Shown here: piece by piece, positions 38,452 through 52,602 of the stretch
Numbering within the stretch: position 1 is the stretch's first letter
Layout of the letters: every line of letters starts with the position of its first letter
NCBI GenBank assembly: GCA_964016885.1
Contig: OZ024742.1
Location: forward strand, 138,570,001 to 138,634,000
Source: Eledone cirrhosa
Lineage: Eukaryota
Length of the DNA stretch: 64,000 nt
Reading direction: 5' to 3'
Notes under the pieces: model-generated
What the model was told of the DNA's origin: nothing
Seen by the model: only the letters and a program-made list of their open reading frames with translations
The model's database searches: none
Program-made: the position numbers and the translations under genes

Positions 38452-41400
38452 TATTATTACTTTTTTTTTTTTTTTTTTTTCTCCCTTTTTTTTTTTTTTT
38501 TTTCCAATTCAATGATGTTCCAGAACAATGTAAACGAGATAATTGCCAATTTGGGTTCTGGAACAGAAGAGATCATTGGCAATAAGGGCAGGGGCCCCAA
38601 GTTATCACAACCTGGGCCCGCCCGTCATCGTGCCATTGTAATAGAGCCAAACAGGGCATTTAGTCTTGGCTGCTGGAACGTACGGACGCTGCTTGACAGG
38701 GATTCTTTGGAGCGTCCTGAACGAAGGACCGCTCTTGTTGCGAAGGAGCTTCGACGTTACGATCTTGACATCGTGGCTTTGTCTGAGACGAGGTTAGCTG
38801 GAGATGGTCATCTTACGGAATTTTGTGGAGAATATACATTCTTCTGGAAAGGAAGAGATGAAGGAACCAGAAGAGAGGCTGGGGTAGGATTTGCTGTTAA
38901 GACTGTACTGGTGAATAAATTGGAAGAATTCCCAGTGGGGATTAGTGAGCGTCTTATGTCCATGAGAGTTCCGCTGGACAAGGGAAGATATGCTACCCTG
39001 GTGAGTGTGTATGCTCCAACTATGAATTCTGTCGATGAAGAAAAACTGTCCTTTTACCATGCCTTGAAAGGTGTTTTAAGAAATATCCCTCAGGCAGACA
39101 AAGTCATCGTGCTTGGTGACTTTAATGCTAGAGTGGGTAGGGATTTTAACACATGGAATGTAATCGGAAGGCATGGGGTGGGAAAGTGTAACAGCAATGG
39201 TATGCTCTTGCTGCAGATGTGTGAGGAGCTGGATCTGTGTGTTACCAACACCATGTTCCAACAAAAGAACAAATTCAAGACCACATGGATGCATCCTGCA
39301 TCTAAGGAATGGCATCTTTTGGACTACGTCCTAGTCAGGATGCGTGACAGACAGGATGTGCGGTGTGTTCGTGTTCTTCGTGGAGCTGAGTGCTGGACGG
39401 ACCACCGCCTGGTACGCGCAAAAGTGAATCTAATCACCAAACGTAAAATCCGGGCTCCTGGTGTTGCCCTGCCCAAAAGATTGAATGCTGCTCGTCTTAA
39501 GGATAAAAATGTGAAGAGGACATTGGAAGAAGAGATGCAGGCTGCAGATCTTGGTGAGGATTGGCCGACCCTTAAAAAGTCGGTTTATGATGTAGACAGA
39601 CGTGTTCTGGGATTGGTGCAGAGAAAACATCAGGACTGGTTTAATGAGAAAGATGTGCATATAGATGACTTGTTGGCTGATAAGAGGCGCGCTCTGTCAC
39701 GCTACTTGACGGCAAGACCACAGGAGAGGAATACGTTGCATGAGGAGCTCAGGGATGTAAAATCACGTGTTAGGCGGAGTCTTTCTCAGATGAAGGATCA
39801 GTGGTGGAGTGAGAAGGCTGGTGAGATACAAACTGCGTCTGATTGCAATAACACAAAGCTGTTGTACAGTCTCTTGCGTGAGGTTTATGGACCGTCTTCT
39901 TCTCTGGTGACACCGATTCGCAGCAGGGATGGCAAAGAACTTCTTCGTGACTCACAGGGAATTCTACGAAGGTGGCGGGAGCACTTTGATGATCTTTTGA
40001 ATCAGCCGTCTGTCGTCAGTGAAGATTTCCTCAATCTCATTCCGGAAAGTCCTGTGAAAGTAGCTCTCGCAGAGCCTCCGACACTTGTGGAGGTTGCAGT
40101 GGCTATTTCGAAGCTGAACAGTGGAAGATCTCCAGGTATGGATGGCATACATGCTGAGCTCCTACAATATGGTGGTGAGAGACTCCTGCAACATCTTCAC
40201 TCTCTGTTTGGAAGGATATGGGCTAATGAATCCGTGCCTGAGGACTGGAGAGATGCAGTAATGGTGGTCTTGTACAAGGGAAAGGGTAACAGGAATGATT
40301 GTGGGAACTACAGAGGTATATCATTGCTTTCTGTCGTGGGGAAAGTTTTATGCAGGGTGCTTCTGGACCGTCTGCTGACACACATTGCAGATTGTGTCCT
40401 TCCTGAAAGTCAATCTGGTTTTCGTGTTGGACGCGGCACTACTGATATGATCTTCTCAGCTAGACAGCTCCAGGAGAAGTGCATTGAACAGGGCTTGGAT
40501 CTGTATCAGGTTTTTGTCGATCTGACAAAGGCTTTCGATACTGTCAACAGAGATGCATTATGGAAGGTTCTCCAGAAACTTGGTTGCCCTGATAAGTTCC
40601 TTGCTTTAGTTAGGTCTTTCCATGACGACATGAAGGCTTGGGTTAATGTCGGAGGTAGCATGTCGGAGCCTATCTCAGTAAAAAATGGAGTGAAACAGGG
40701 GGATATTCCAGCACCGACCCTGTTTGCCATATACTTTGCAATGGTTTTCTGTATTGCATTCAGGAATTGCGAGCATGGTGTTTACATCCGATATCGAACC
40801 TCAGGCAGCATATTTAACATCAGGCGCTTTGCTGCGAAGACAAAAGTATTTACATCAGTCATAAGAGACCTCTTGTATGCAGATGATTGCGATCTTGTAG
40901 CGCACACAGAGAGTGATATGCAGCACATTTTGAATGTATTTTCTGACGCTTGCACTGCCCTAGGTCTGACTGTCAGTCTCAAGAAAACCGTCGTCATGTA
41001 CCAACCTGCCCCTGGTAAGCAGTACACTGAACCAAACATCTATGTGTATGGCAAACGACTTGGAGTGGTTGATCAGTTTGTCTACCTGGGAAGCACTGTC
41101 AATCGATACGGCAACCTTGACGGTGAAATCTCACTTAGGATTAGGAAAGCAAGTGATGCTTTCGGAAAGCTAGAAAGGCGACTCTGGGGTCGGCGAGACA
41201 TATGCAGGAGGACAAAGGTAAAGGTGTACAGGGCATGTGTACTCTCTTGTCTTCTTTATGCCTGCGAGACCTGGGTCACATATCGACGCCACCTTAAGCA
41301 ATTGGAGCGTTTCCATCAGATGTGTCTCAGACGGATACATGGCGTTCACTGGAGGGACCACATCAGTGATGTCGAGATTTTGGAGAGCTCTATGTGTGAC

Positions 41401-42176
41401 AGTATAGAAGCTCTTGTGCTTAAGCAGCGACTCCGTTGGAGTGGTCACCTTGCCAGGATGAAGGATTCTAGAATACCAAAACAACTCTTCTATGGAGAGT
41501 TGGTTAAAGGAAAACGACCGCCACATAAACCAAAAAAGAGGTATAAGGATTCCTTGAAGGCCTCTCTGAAGGACGCTAACATCTCTGCTGATACATGGGA
41601 AAATATTGCTGCTGATCGTAATAAATGGAGAAAGACTGTATATGAGGGAAAAGTTGCCTTTGAGGCATCTCGAATCGCACACGAGAAAGTAAAGCGGGAC
41701 GTGAGGAAGGGTATTGCTGTTGCACTTCCAGACGGCGAGGGTCCTCCTATGTTTCTGACATGCAGCGTCTGTGCGAGACTCTGCCTAAGCAAAGCTGGAC
41801 TCGAAAGTCATCTTCGCAGTCATAAAGTAAGACCAGTGGTTGACTACCAGGCTGCTGTTGGAGATGCTACTCATCATGCTTGCCAAACATGTGGTAGAGA
41901 ATGTAAATCAGCAGGAGGACTCAAGCGACATGCAAAAGTACACGAACTCCAACCACAGCCGACTATTCCCAGTAAATGTTTTGGTTGCCGACTCTGTGCA
42001 AGACATTTTGGATCATTGGCTGGGCTAAAAAGCCACATTCGATCGCAGCACTGTTAGTTGCTATCGTGTGTTTGTGTGTGTGTGTGTGTGTAGATATGCT
42101 TATGTGCGTGCGTGTGTGTGTATATATATATGAATATGTATATTATTATTGTTGTTGTCGTTATTATTATTATTGC

Positions 42177-42228
<52 letters not shown>

Positions 42229-42297
42229 TTTTTTTTTTTTTTTTTTTTTTTTTTATTGTGCAATGGCCATACTCGATAACGAGGGGGCAGCCATCAT
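38111..42297 (+). mobile_element. RTE-clade LINE, apparently intact
   Basis: 5' UTR from about 38111, single long ORF, 3' UTR ending GGGGGCAGCCATCAT before (TA)n. Confidence 0.9.
38512..42057 (+). CDS. RTE ORF: APE endonuclease, reverse transcriptase and three C-terminal C2H2 zinc fingers (1181 aa)
   Basis: WNVRTL, LSETR, VYAPT, GDFNA, LLDY and TDH (endonuclease); [32 protein letters not shown] and YLGS (RT); CSVC..HLRSH, CQTC..HAKVH and CRLC..HIRSQH; no stops. Confidence 0.95.
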   Translation: MMFQNNVNEIIANLGSGTEEIIGNKGRGPKLSQPGPARHRAIVIEPNRAFSLGCWNVRTLLDRDSLERPERRTALVAKELRRYDLDIVALSETRLAGDGHLTEFCGEYTFFWKGRDEGTRREAGVGFAVKTVLVNKLEEFPVGISERLMSMRVPLDKGRYATLVSVYAPTMNSVDEEKLSFYHALKGVLRNIPQADKVIVLGDFNARVGRDFNTWNVIGRHGVGKCNSNGMLLLQMCEELDLCVTNTMFQQKNKFKTTWMHPASKEWHLLDYVLVRMRDRQDVRCVRVLRGAECWTDHRLVRAKVNLITKRKIRAPGVALPKRLNAARLKDKNVKRTLEEEMQAADLGEDWPTLKKSVYDVDRRVLGLVQRKHQDWFNEKDVHIDDLLADKRRALSRYLTARPQERNTLHEELRDVKSRVRRSLSQMKDQWWSEKAGEIQTASDCNNTKLLYSLLREVYGPSSSLVTPIRSRDGKELLRDSQGILRRWREHFDDLLNQPSVVSEDFLNLIPESPVKVALAEPPTLVEVAVAISKLNSGRSPGMDGIHAELLQYGGERLLQHLHSLFGRIWANESVPEDWRDAVMVVLYKGKGNRNDCGNYRGISLLSVVGKVLCRVLLDRLLTHIADCVLPESQSGFRVGRGTTDMIFSARQLQEKCIEQGLDLYQVFVDLTKAFDTVNRDALWKVLQKLGCPDKFLALVRSFHDDMKAWVNVGGSMSEPISVKNGVKQGDIPAPTLFAIYFAMVFCIAFRNCEHGVYIRYRTSGSIFNIRRFAAKTKVFTSVIRDLLYADDCDLVAHTESDMQHILNVFSDACTALGLTVSLKKTVVMYQPAPGKQYTEPNIYVYGKRLGVVDQFVYLGSTVNRYGNLDGEISLRIRKASDAFGKLERRLWGRRDICRRTKVKVYRACVLSCLLYACETWVTYRRHLKQLERFHQMCLRRIHGVHWRDHISDVEILESSMCDSIEALVLKQRLRWSGHLARMKDSRIPKQLFYGELVKGKRPPHKPKKRYKDSLKASLKDANISADTWENIAADRNKWRKTVYEGKVAFEASRIAHEKVKRDVRKGIAVALPDGEGPPMFLTCSVCARLCLSKAGLESHLRSHKVRPVVDYQAAVGDATHHACQTCGRECKSAGGLKRHAKVHELQPQPTIPSKCFGCRLCARHFGSLAGLKSHIRSQHC

Positions 42298-42338
42298 ATG
42301 TGTATATATATATATATATATGTGTATATATATATATA

Positions 42339-42403
<65 letters not shown>

Positions 42404-42951
42404 TCTTAAGAAAAGCACAATAACTTCTTTGATATAATTTGTATGTTAAAACCGACAATGATTTCTTTCTCATTGTATTACAGCATCTAACATGTTTAAT
42501 ATACTCACAATGTTTTTAGAGTAAACTTTTAAATACAAGAAAAAATAAACACGTTAACAATAAGAACAATGCTGCAATATATAGTCAAATTGAGTACCAC
42601 ACCCAGGATGGTGTAGTCATTACTGTTCATTAAATGTCGAAAGAAGAAACTGCTTTTGAGCAACTAAAGAATTATATTGCGTCCGTCTCTTACATTATGT
42701 CAGTTGATATTCCAGCTGGTTAAACTATCGACCAGTGATTCTAATATTACTCAGTTGATAGGTCGAGTAGTTCTGCATAAATATCATGTTAGTTTTCAAA
42801 TTTCAGATGGCTTATTTTTGTCAACAATGAAATATAGAACATAATATGCATATATTTATATATATATATACTCAACTGTCATTCTGTCGGTTACTACGAC
42901 GAGTGTTCCATGTGATGCAATCAACAGAGTAGCTTGTATATATATATATTA

Positions 42952-43082
<131 letters not shown>

Positions 43083-43108
43083 AAATTTCGCTCTACATGG
43101 CTGAATAC

Positions 43109-43358
43109 AATAAATGTAATCTGATTTTTCGAATATTAATAATAACATTCGATTCGTTTGCAATTATGCAAACAAGCCTCAATTTTATATCCATGTCAGT
43201 AGAATGAACACTTCATTCTTACTCTTGTGTTGGCATGCGAACACACGAGCAAGAATGAAATGTTCATTCTACTGACATGGCTATAAAATTGAGGCTTGTT
43301 TGCATAATTGCAAACGAATCGAATAATACTATTAATATTGAAAAACTCAGATTACATT

Positions 43359-43362
<4 letters not shown>
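43109..43362. repeat. Near-perfect palindrome (about 125-bp arms), with a third direct copy at 43434-43586
   Basis: Centre GTGTTGGCATGCGAACAC at about 43227-43244; flanked by (TA)n. Confidence 0.9.
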
Positions 43363-43416
<54 letters not shown>

Positions 43417-44751
43417 ACTATTAAAAAAGTTATCGCTCTACATGGCTGAATACAATAAATGTAATCTGAGTTTTCCGAATATTAATAGTATTATTCGATT
43501 CGTTTGCAATTATGCAAATAAACCCCTTTTACGCAATGTCAATAGAATGAGCCCCCCATTCTTGCTCTTGTGTTGGCATGCAAACAGATCTGCAGACACT
43601 AATGTTTCTGTGTGATTACCCTTCACCAGTACACTTTACTGTTCACCTGCCAACTGTCAGAGCTAGTGAAAAATATATGATATTTTCTAAAATATACAGT
43701 GACTGATCGGCCTGATTTGTATATTAGCAGGCTGGCTCATCAGTCAGATCTTCATATTAGCAGATCCACTGATCAGCCAGATCAGTCACTATATATTTCT
43801 ATATTTCTCAGGTACTTTCAACTCCACACACAGAGACAAAAATGGAGAAATACTTTTGGAATATAGCATACCAAGTGAAACAGACTTTCCATAATGTGCG
43901 CTGAAGTTCACTAGAATTAACAATTAACTAGATTGTCAAAGATAGATCTGATTTTCTGAAAGGCCAACGTGATCAGTATCCTGATAGGATATTTAAAATA
44001 AACTAAAATAGATGATATGTAAATAAACAACACGAGCAAAACATATGAGTTGTTGATAGGCCTGTAAGGAAGCAGACACATTTATCCAGAATAAGTTTGT
44101 ACTGGAAAACGTAAACATCATATTTTAAAGACATTTTAAGATAAGTTTGCTCAATAAAGTTGGTTTACGCTAAAAAGATCAATATAATTAACACCAAGTA
44201 CAATCTGCAGTCACAGTCACATCATTAGCTAATTCGACAATAGCTTTCTCAGAAGTCAATGTCAGTTGTAACGAATATATTAGCAACACTTCCATCACCA
44301 ACAGATACAGTAATACACAGATAAAATTTTATAATATAAAGAGAGTGGCATATGTCTTCTGCGTTAACAAACTGTTGAGTGGCAGCAACATCCATCAGTA
44401 ACTGCAGCAGAGACATCCAATAACATTCGCAGCAGCACCAGTATTAACACTTACAATGTATACAGCAATACAACAACAGCCACAGTACTCATATTTTATT
44501 ACTTTTCAAGTGCTGATGTAATAAGTCAAAGAAGTCAAATTTTAACGCCCGTCGTGGAGAGATCTTATACAAAGACTCAAACGTACCATTACCAACTAAT
44601 GGATCATTACTTATATTTAAAATGTGTATGCTGGTTAGAATGATAGCTTTTATCACATGGCACATATTTACATCTAGATGGAGTGTTAATTGACAGGTTG
44701 TGTGTATGGACTAAATACTGAATCTGTAGTGAGACTGCGACTCTAATCTAT

Positions 44752-44900
44752 TGTAGTACTTGTTGTGTAGTATAGTGTAATGTATAGTGTTGTGTGTGTA
44801 GTATAGTGCAATGTATAGTGTTGTGTGTGTAGTATAGTGCAATGTATAGTGTTGTGTGTGTAGTATAGTGCAATGTATAGTGCAATCTGCGTAGTATAGT
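44752..44900. repeat. About 31-bp minisatellite (TAGTATAGTGCAATGTATAGTGTTGTGTGTG), about 4 units
   Basis: Direct inspection. Confidence 0.85.
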
Positions 44901-45329
44901 ATAGATATTGTGACAGCTATATTGAGTATGTAGAATAATGGAAGTAATAAAGTGCACGGCATTGTACGTAGTGTAGTGGCTGTAATTTAGTTGACTGCAG
45001 TTTAGTTGTTAATGAAGTATGACGTACTGAGCTGGATGTAAAGAATAGTATTGTGTAGATAATGGAGTGACTGTAATAAATTTTAATGTTGAGCCTGTAG
45101 TGTGCTGTGTGTAGTGTATTGGCTATAATGATGTGTAGTGCAGTGTATGTTAGGACTAGATATAAGAAAGTTTGTATGGACCTGTAACTCATGTTCGAAT
45201 CAAAGGGGGTGCCATATTGACATGTATGGTTTATCGGGAATGTTTAATCCTGGTGGAGCCCATTCCATCTCCAGGTTTGAACACAGAAGATTTCTTCCAG
45301 AAAAAGCTAGAGAATGAGGGGAAAAGAAA

Positions 45330-45490
45330 GACTCGACCCTTGTACTAGACTGCTACTTTTTTAATCGGCCTCAAAATAAAGAAAGGCAAAGTTGTCTTCG
45401 GTGAGATTTGAACTCAGAGAGCAGAGAGTTGGAAAGTATACGACAAAGCATTCTATCCGACCTTCTAACGACTATGGCCATTGACTACCT
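45330..45490 (-). mobile_element. Older Deu/Nin-core SINE
   Basis: GAAAGGCAAAGTT..GATTTGAACTCAGA on the plus strand. Confidence 0.6.
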
Positions 45491-45749
45491 TAAAAAAGTA
45501 GTAAATTATAGGTAGTGAGTTATTACAGCGTAGTTCCTATGATACAGTCACTGTAATCCTAGTGTAGCTTATGTCATTTAGTGTTTATAACAAGTGCTCT
45601 ACTGTGTCTCTTTTGTATGTAATGTGGTGCCATCCATATTAGCTAAAGTAGTGTTTTACTGAAATAACATGCAGTGGTTATTATTATAGTAGCTATAAGG
45701 TGTCGTGCAAATGTAAGGCATTGTAGTATATAAAGTATACGCGTGGTAA

Positions 45750-46300
45750 AATGACCATCAGACTTACACCCAGAAACTTCCCGACCGAGGCGCCAATCCG
45801 GCCAAGGTTGTTTGTCGAAGACCAGCAATTGCCCATGCATACCAGTCTCTCTTCTTCACGTCACCGATGTTGTCCAAGAGAAAGGCAATGGCCGATACAG
45901 CTTGGCAGCCGTGACGCCGCAACTCATTTTTACAGCTGGTGTATAGGAACAACGTGAAATAATGTGTTTTGCTCAAGGACACAACGCTTCCCCCGGTTCG
46001 AGAATCGAACTCACATCCTCACGATTGCAATCCTAATGCTCTTGCCACTAAGTTTCGTCCTTGAGCAAGTTAATTTATTTCACGTTGCTCTAGTTAACTT
46101 AGCTGGGTTAAAATGAGTTGTACTTGTGATTCGAAGGGTCAGCCTTGTAACATTCTGGGTCACGCTGAATCTTCCTGAGAACTACGTTAAGGATACGCCT
46201 GTGTATGTGGAACGGTCAACCACTTGCACGTTAGTTTCACAAAGCAGGTTACTCCGTTGATTACATCTGCTAGAACACATGTCGTCGTAACCGACAGAGT
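45750..46300. mobile_element. Two divergently oriented SINEs of the V/CORE-like family
   Basis: GCTCAAGGACACAAC..GAATCGAAC (minus-strand head) and GTCCTTGAGCAAG..TTTCACGTTGCTC (plus strand). Confidence 0.6.
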
Positions 46301-46458
46301 GCCGAATTGTACGACAACACTCAATAAAAATCGACATTGTAGCAGTAACATGAATTTCAACGATACGATATTCATATCAAACTAAAATATAACGATATCA
46401 ACAATATTACTAAGGACTGCAGCAATAACAAACACAGATGAATCACCAACATTATTAT

Positions 46459-46740
46459 ACGGGGTCGATAAAATAAAGTACCAGTAATGCACTGGGGTAA
46501 TTGCTGGACTTGTGCCAAAAGTAGAAACAATTATTATCCGCGGTGAATTGGCAGTATCGGTAGAGAGTCGGACGCCATGCTTTCCAGCATAGAGTTACGG
46601 CCCTTTACAGTTTCAGTTCAAATCCCGCCGAGGTTAACTTTGCCTTTCATCCTTACGGGGTCGATAAAATAAAGTACCAGTAATGCACTGTGTAATTGCT
46701 GGCCTTGTGCCTAAAGTAGAAACAATTATTATTATTATTA
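46459..46740 (+). mobile_element. Tandem Deu/Nin-core SINEs (3' fragment, then full copy 46538-46740)
   Basis: The second copy starts immediately after the ATT tail of the first. Confidence 0.88.
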
Positions 46741-46818
46741 TCCACCAATTTCAATGTCAACAATAGCAACAACATTAACAGAAATGGGTTGTTGTTTTTT
46801 TATCATCATTAACTACTA

Positions 46819-46819
46819 C

Positions 46820-46851
<32 letters not shown>

Positions 46852-46894
46852 ACATCGTCATTATTGTCGTCATTATTGTCGTCGTCATCATCAC

Positions 46895-46971
<77 letters not shown>

Positions 46972-46989
46972 CCGTCATCATCATCATCG

Positions 46990-47021
<32 letters not shown>

Positions 47022-47129
47022 GTCGTTATTATTGTCGTCGTCGTCGTCATCATCATCATCATCATTATATTATTGTCGTCGTCATGTCATCATCATCATC
47101 ATCATCATCATATTATTGTCGTCGTCATG

Positions 47130-47163
<34 letters not shown>

Positions 47164-47181
47164 ATTATTGTCGTCGTCATG

Positions 47182-47226
<45 letters not shown>
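46819..47226. repeat. (CAT)n microsatellite with higher-order ATTATTGTCGTCGT units
   Basis: Direct inspection; explains the poly-His/Ser/Met ORFs. Confidence 0.95.
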
Positions 47227-47529
47227 CTAAAACGACAATAAGAACAATACTAAGTGCAACAGGTATAACGACAGCAACAACGAATGTCATATTAGGTGTT
47301 TAGTAGCAAAATCGAAGCCGTTAACTGAAATAGAATAACTATTGATTTTTGTTATATAGCTTTATTTGGTTTAAGTTATTTTAATAGCAGAAATATAACT
47401 ATTTGAAAGATATAGCAAGTAGTCAAGCAACTTGTTCAGAAGAGCTACACAAATTATTGATTCTGATGGCCACTATATCAGAATAGCATATATTCTATCA
47501 TTTTCTGTATTCTCACTCTTTTGTCTTTG

Positions 47530-47660
<131 letters not shown>

Positions 47661-47672
47661 CACACACCTATC

Positions 47673-47704
<32 letters not shown>

Positions 47705-47706
47705 TT

Positions 47707-47899
47707 ATCCCGAATTCAATCGGGTTCAGTCGGGGGTAATCACAGTAAGTAAGGTACTCAATAGATAGCAGATTATAAATATTTAATAGAGAAATGGCTT
47801 CTACAGGACTGGAACTGTTTCATTCGAAGGAAAGTGCTTTCCTGGTGATTCCCTTCGAATAAAACCGTTCTAGTCCTGTAGAAGCCATTTCTATATTAA
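47707..47899. mobile_element. Family A fold-back element (degenerate hammerheads)
   Basis: Arms 47783-47833 and 47838-47899, junction GGAAAGTGCTTTCC; plus-strand core CTGGTGA...AAAA. Confidence 0.75.
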
Positions 47900-48080
47900 C
47901 TTTATTATATATATATATATATTTTTTTTTTCTGTTACTCTCTTACCGGTTCCAGCCATCCGGCTGAGGCCATGGTATATATAATAAAAAACTATATCAT
48001 AGCCATATATCATTAGAGAAACAGTATTTTGTACATATATATAAATCATATGATATTTGGGAAGCAGTATATTCTTCGAG

Positions 48081-48408
48081 GTGTAAAAGTTATTATTTTC
48101 CTTACGGCCGCTACTCCAAATTCTTGATTTGTTGTGCTGCTTGTGCTGTACATCGCACTTCTTTCTAGCGGACGCCACGACCAGTCATATTTAAATCTAC
48201 CGCCACTGTTATAACTTAATTTACACCAAGCGGTTTGGATTGACTACTTCCCGGAACAGGACAGATATAAAGATGATTAGTTTCGTGTCTTCCAGAATTC
48301 TACCAAAATCGATAGTTGGTAATTGATGATCGATTGTTTTGATCGATTTTCGCTCCAGCTTTACGAACTATGAAACGGCGGGTGTAAGGAAAATAATAAC
48401 TTTTACAT
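48081..48408. repeat. Possible MITE: 24-bp perfect inverted repeats
   Basis: TGTAAAAGTTATTATTTTCCTTAC / GTAAGGAAAATAATAACTTTTACA. Confidence 0.6.
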
Positions 48409-48540
48409 ATGACTATATACATATATCTTTTTACTTTAAAATATTGATGTTCTGGAGAAACGTTCATTGACCTTTTCTGCGGAGAGACATATATTCATCA
48501 TTAATATTTATATATTATGATGTTATGATACTTTAAATTA

Positions 48541-48678
<138 letters not shown>

Positions 48679-48690
48679 ATGTGTGTGTGT

Positions 48691-48853
48691 ATCCTGTGTT
48701 CAATCGGGGGTAACTACACTAAGGTACTCAATACATGGTATAGTATAGTATATACAATATTTAATATAGAAATGGTTTCTACGGGACTAGAACTGTTTCA
48801 TTCGAAGGAAATCACCAGGAAAGTGCTTTCCAGATGATTTCTGATGAAACAAT
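48691..48853 (-). mobile_element. Family A fold-back element with a hammerhead (core CUGGUGA)
   Basis: Minus strand CTTTC-CTGGTGA-tttccttcgaat-GAAA-CAG..CCG-TA-GAAA; same GGAAAGTGCTTTCC junction; truncated plus arm CAGATGA..GAAAC. Confidence 0.72.
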
Positions 48854-48884
48854 TCTCTCTCCCACTCTCTCGCTCTCTCTCTAT

Positions 48885-48978
<94 letters not shown>

Positions 48979-49590
48979 CTAGCCGCCTTTCGGCCTTCGC
49001 CCCCGTCGGTCTGTACTGTGCTCAAATCTATCTATAACGGACCTATTGCCATCTATCGTAATGCCCATTTTCCTTGAAATAAAAGACGTTAAAACGTATT
49101 TAAATATTGCATAACATAATTTTAAAACTATATTTAGAATATCGAAATAAAGAAAGTAATAAAGAAAATAATCGAAAAATGTATTCTATGAAAATTATCA
49201 AACATTTACAGAACTTCAGTATATATCATGTTTTAATTTTTTTCTTTGACAAGTTTGTGGAGTCTTTCTACTCTGAAACAACCTTCATATAATTGAAGAT
49301 GTAAGAAGAAGCTCTCTTCTAGATGGAGACTGACAACCTGCAGTGTTTGAACTTAATGGTCATGGGAATTGCAAACGTTTGAAACGAAAATGGAATATGT
49401 TGGTAATAGCGGTACTCTAGATATAAATATGATGTCTCCCTTACCATATCCTGTGAAGATCTTGGCTTCCATAATGTGAGGCTGTAGTTCAAAGACAACC
49501 ATAGGCGTCCCATTGCACAATCATGGATGATACAGGTTTCTGAGAAGCATGATGATTATGCCCTTCTTCAATTTAAGGTTGTGTCTCATT
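48979..49590 (-). mobile_element. Helitron 3' fragment (CTAG end and Pif1 remnant)
   Basis: CTAG next to (TA)n; minus strand LKKGIIIMLLRNLYHP*LCNGT. Confidence 0.75.
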
Positions 49591-50078
49591 TTGTTAATTT
49601 TCTTAGGTTTATCAATACTAATGTGACGATTGTGTTATCTCTTCTCCTGCATTTATTACAATGGCTTACACATTCTTTAAATACGATATCTTACTTTTTT
49701 CTTGTTTTTCTTCTTCCTTTCTTTTTTCTTTTTTTTCTTTTTCGTTCATGATACACGTGCTATAAGAGTTTCCACACTTTTTCCTTGACGTAACATAAAT
49801 TTCTGTGTACTTGTTTTAGCTTAATTGCTATAAATTTATGTTTTGTTTCTCGTCGTCTCTAACTCCACTGGGCAGAATTTCGCTTATGCCAGACGCTATG
49901 ACCCCGGGTGGACTAGCAGTAACGTCGGTAGGGGCCAAAACTGCCAAGGTCCACCTCAATGGCCGATGACCCTGGTGATCGTTTGTATTTTATTTTTTTT
50001 AAATAATGTTTGAAGGTGTTCTCTTTAAAAATTGCTTTTCGTTCATTGTCTTGCGTGTCCTTTCTTTGTTAATTTGCA

Positions 50079-50186
<108 letters not shown>

Positions 50187-50279
50187 CTGTATTTTGCAAT
50201 ACACTGTATGCTTAATTAAAAGCATTTCGAAGACCTTATGCTATTGTTTTAGAGTAGTGACAGACTCACTTACTTTAAT

Positions 50280-50371
50280 TTTCAGCAAACAGGGGGAGAT
50301 AAAGCTGAGAAGGCCTTGTTTCGCATTTATTGATGCTTATCAAAGCCATCTACTCCTCCTGTTTGCTGAAA
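50280..50371 (-). ncRNA. Type I hammerhead, U3-A8 variant (stem III mismatch, CUC triplet)
   Basis: Reverse-complement twin of 50602-50693. Confidence 0.75.
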
Positions 50372-50601
50372 TCATGGATGTTTGGTTCTTATAGAATTCT
50401 AGTAAATAATCAGGAACTGATTATACAGAGCGGTTGCCGGTCAAGCAGAAATTGAAAATTAGAATTGGTTCTATGAATGTATATATAGTGTAATTTGCAA
50501 TACACTGTATGCTTAATTAAAAACATTTCGAAGACCTTATGCTATTGTATAATCAGTTCCTGATTATTTACTAGAATTCTATAAGAACCAAACATCCACG
50601 A

Positions 50602-50693
50602 TTTCAGCAAACAGGAGGAGTAGTTGGCTTTGATAAGCATCAATAAATGCGAAACAAGGCCTTGTCAGCTTTATCTCCCCCTGTTTGCTGAAA
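50602..50693 (+). ncRNA. Type I hammerhead, U3-A8 variant, GUC site, extended stem I
   Basis: TTTCAGCAAACAGG..GGCT-TTGATAA-GCAT(caataa)ATGC-GAAA-CAAG(gc)CTTG-TC-AGCT..CCTGTTTGCTGAAA. Confidence 0.85.
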
Positions 50694-50887
50694 ATTAAAG
50701 TAAGTGAGTCTGTCACTACTCTAAAACAATAGCATAAGGTCTTCGAAATGCTTTTAATTAAGCATACAGTGTATTGCAAAATACACTATATATACATTCA
50801 TATATATATATAGCTATTTCAGAGCACCAATTCTAATATATATACGTATATATATATATATTTATATATATAATATATATATATATT

Positions 50888-51036
<149 letters not shown>

Positions 51037-51261
51037 GAGAGGTACACACATATATGTGCATACATATATACACATGTATATATACACATATTTTTTTCAC
51101 AAGTATGTGAGATTGTGTGTTGTTGACTTTAACCAGTGTTGCTCTATGATTATGAGAGACAAGATAATCGAAATAAATAAATTGACTCGATATCAGAGCT
51201 ATGTAACATATTATAAAGTAAGAAGAAATAGTAGACACAGATATATACCTATTTTTCTTCA

Positions 51262-51359
51262 ATGTCGCGACTCTGCAGTTTCGCTGGTCAGTATGCAAAA
51301 ATCTTATATCATAGAGATGTAACATTGTTGTGAGGTAAGCCAGCTTTTCAAGGGAACAC
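51262..51359 (-). ncRNA. Type I hammerhead, U3-A8 variant with a large stem II insert
   Basis: Minus strand GTGTTCCC-TTGAAAA-GCTGG(about 50 nt)CCAGC-GAAA-CT(gcag)AG-TC-GCGACAT. Confidence 0.6.
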
Positions 51360-52217
51360 CTCAGGGAAAGAACGCTTCTCGACACGGTATTGGTTTTTGT
51401 GGGTAATTAAAAGGGTTTAGATTCAATAAGAGGGTACAAAGTCTAAGTATATGCAGTTTGTCAGTTGGTAGTAAGAGGTTAAGGGTTCGATTTGCACTTG
51501 TAGTGCGAAAACTTTTCTTTGAGTCTATGCTTACAATAAATTGATCTTTCGATTTTATTGTTGTTCCACATTTTGAGTTCGAAGAATAAGTTACTCAACA
51601 ATAAAATATAAAGATCAATTTATTGTAACTCCCTTCCCCTCTCTCTATACTATTCCGTTTGTCCCCTTACCTTCTAATCCCTCTTCCTCTCTCTCTATAC
51701 TAGTAAATACAATTCCCCAAAAATGTTTTTCTCTATATATTAAGAACTATTTCAAGAGTAACTTACTCACTATTTTGAAAGATTTGGACGTGAACAACAA
51801 TTATAATTGAGTGGTTGCTACTTGCAGTATAGCAATATAAGGTTGCACTTACCAATGAAACGGTCGTAAATACCTGGATAAAATCCTTCTCTTAATGCTT
51901 ACCTGTGTTTTCTCTTTTATACTTTATACTCCAAGATTGAACGGAATTCTTACAAACTTGTGGAGTTACCCCTAACCGTACGTTGAAACCATCCATGAAA
52001 CTGGCTTTCTTAACCACGAACTGGATCACAATAAGCAATTTTCTGCTTCCCTAACTATATATATGTATATATATATATATGTGTATATATGTATATATGT
52101 ATATATGTATATATGTATATAAGGGAACGGGCGAAGGCTTCAAGAACATCATCTTTGTCCGTTCCCTTGTCTTTTTAATTTGGATTGCGTCGAGAAGGTA
52201 ACCTTATTATGTAAGAA

Positions 52218-52292
52218 GCTGTCTAATGAGATCATGGCACTGGTTAGGCAGCATCATGTGGCCACTGTCGTCATTGAAATATGTATCACAGC
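52218..52292 (+). ncRNA. Type I hammerhead motif with a long stem II (core CUAAUGA, G5A)
   Basis: GCTGT-CTAATGA-GATCATGGCACTGGTTA..TGGCCACTGTCGTCATT-GAAA-TATGTA-TC-ACAGC. Confidence 0.6.
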
Positions 52293-52470
52293 CTCAGCAA
52301 TAAAGGACTTTAACATCTGAAACTACTTCACATTTTCTTATTATAGATATATATATATATATATACATTATTATTATTATTATTTGTACAGATTAAAAGT
52401 TTAAGCAGAGACTGTCTGCTTTAACCCTAAGCGAGATCTTCTTAAACTATACATATATATATATATATAC

Positions 52471-52602
<132 letters not shown>

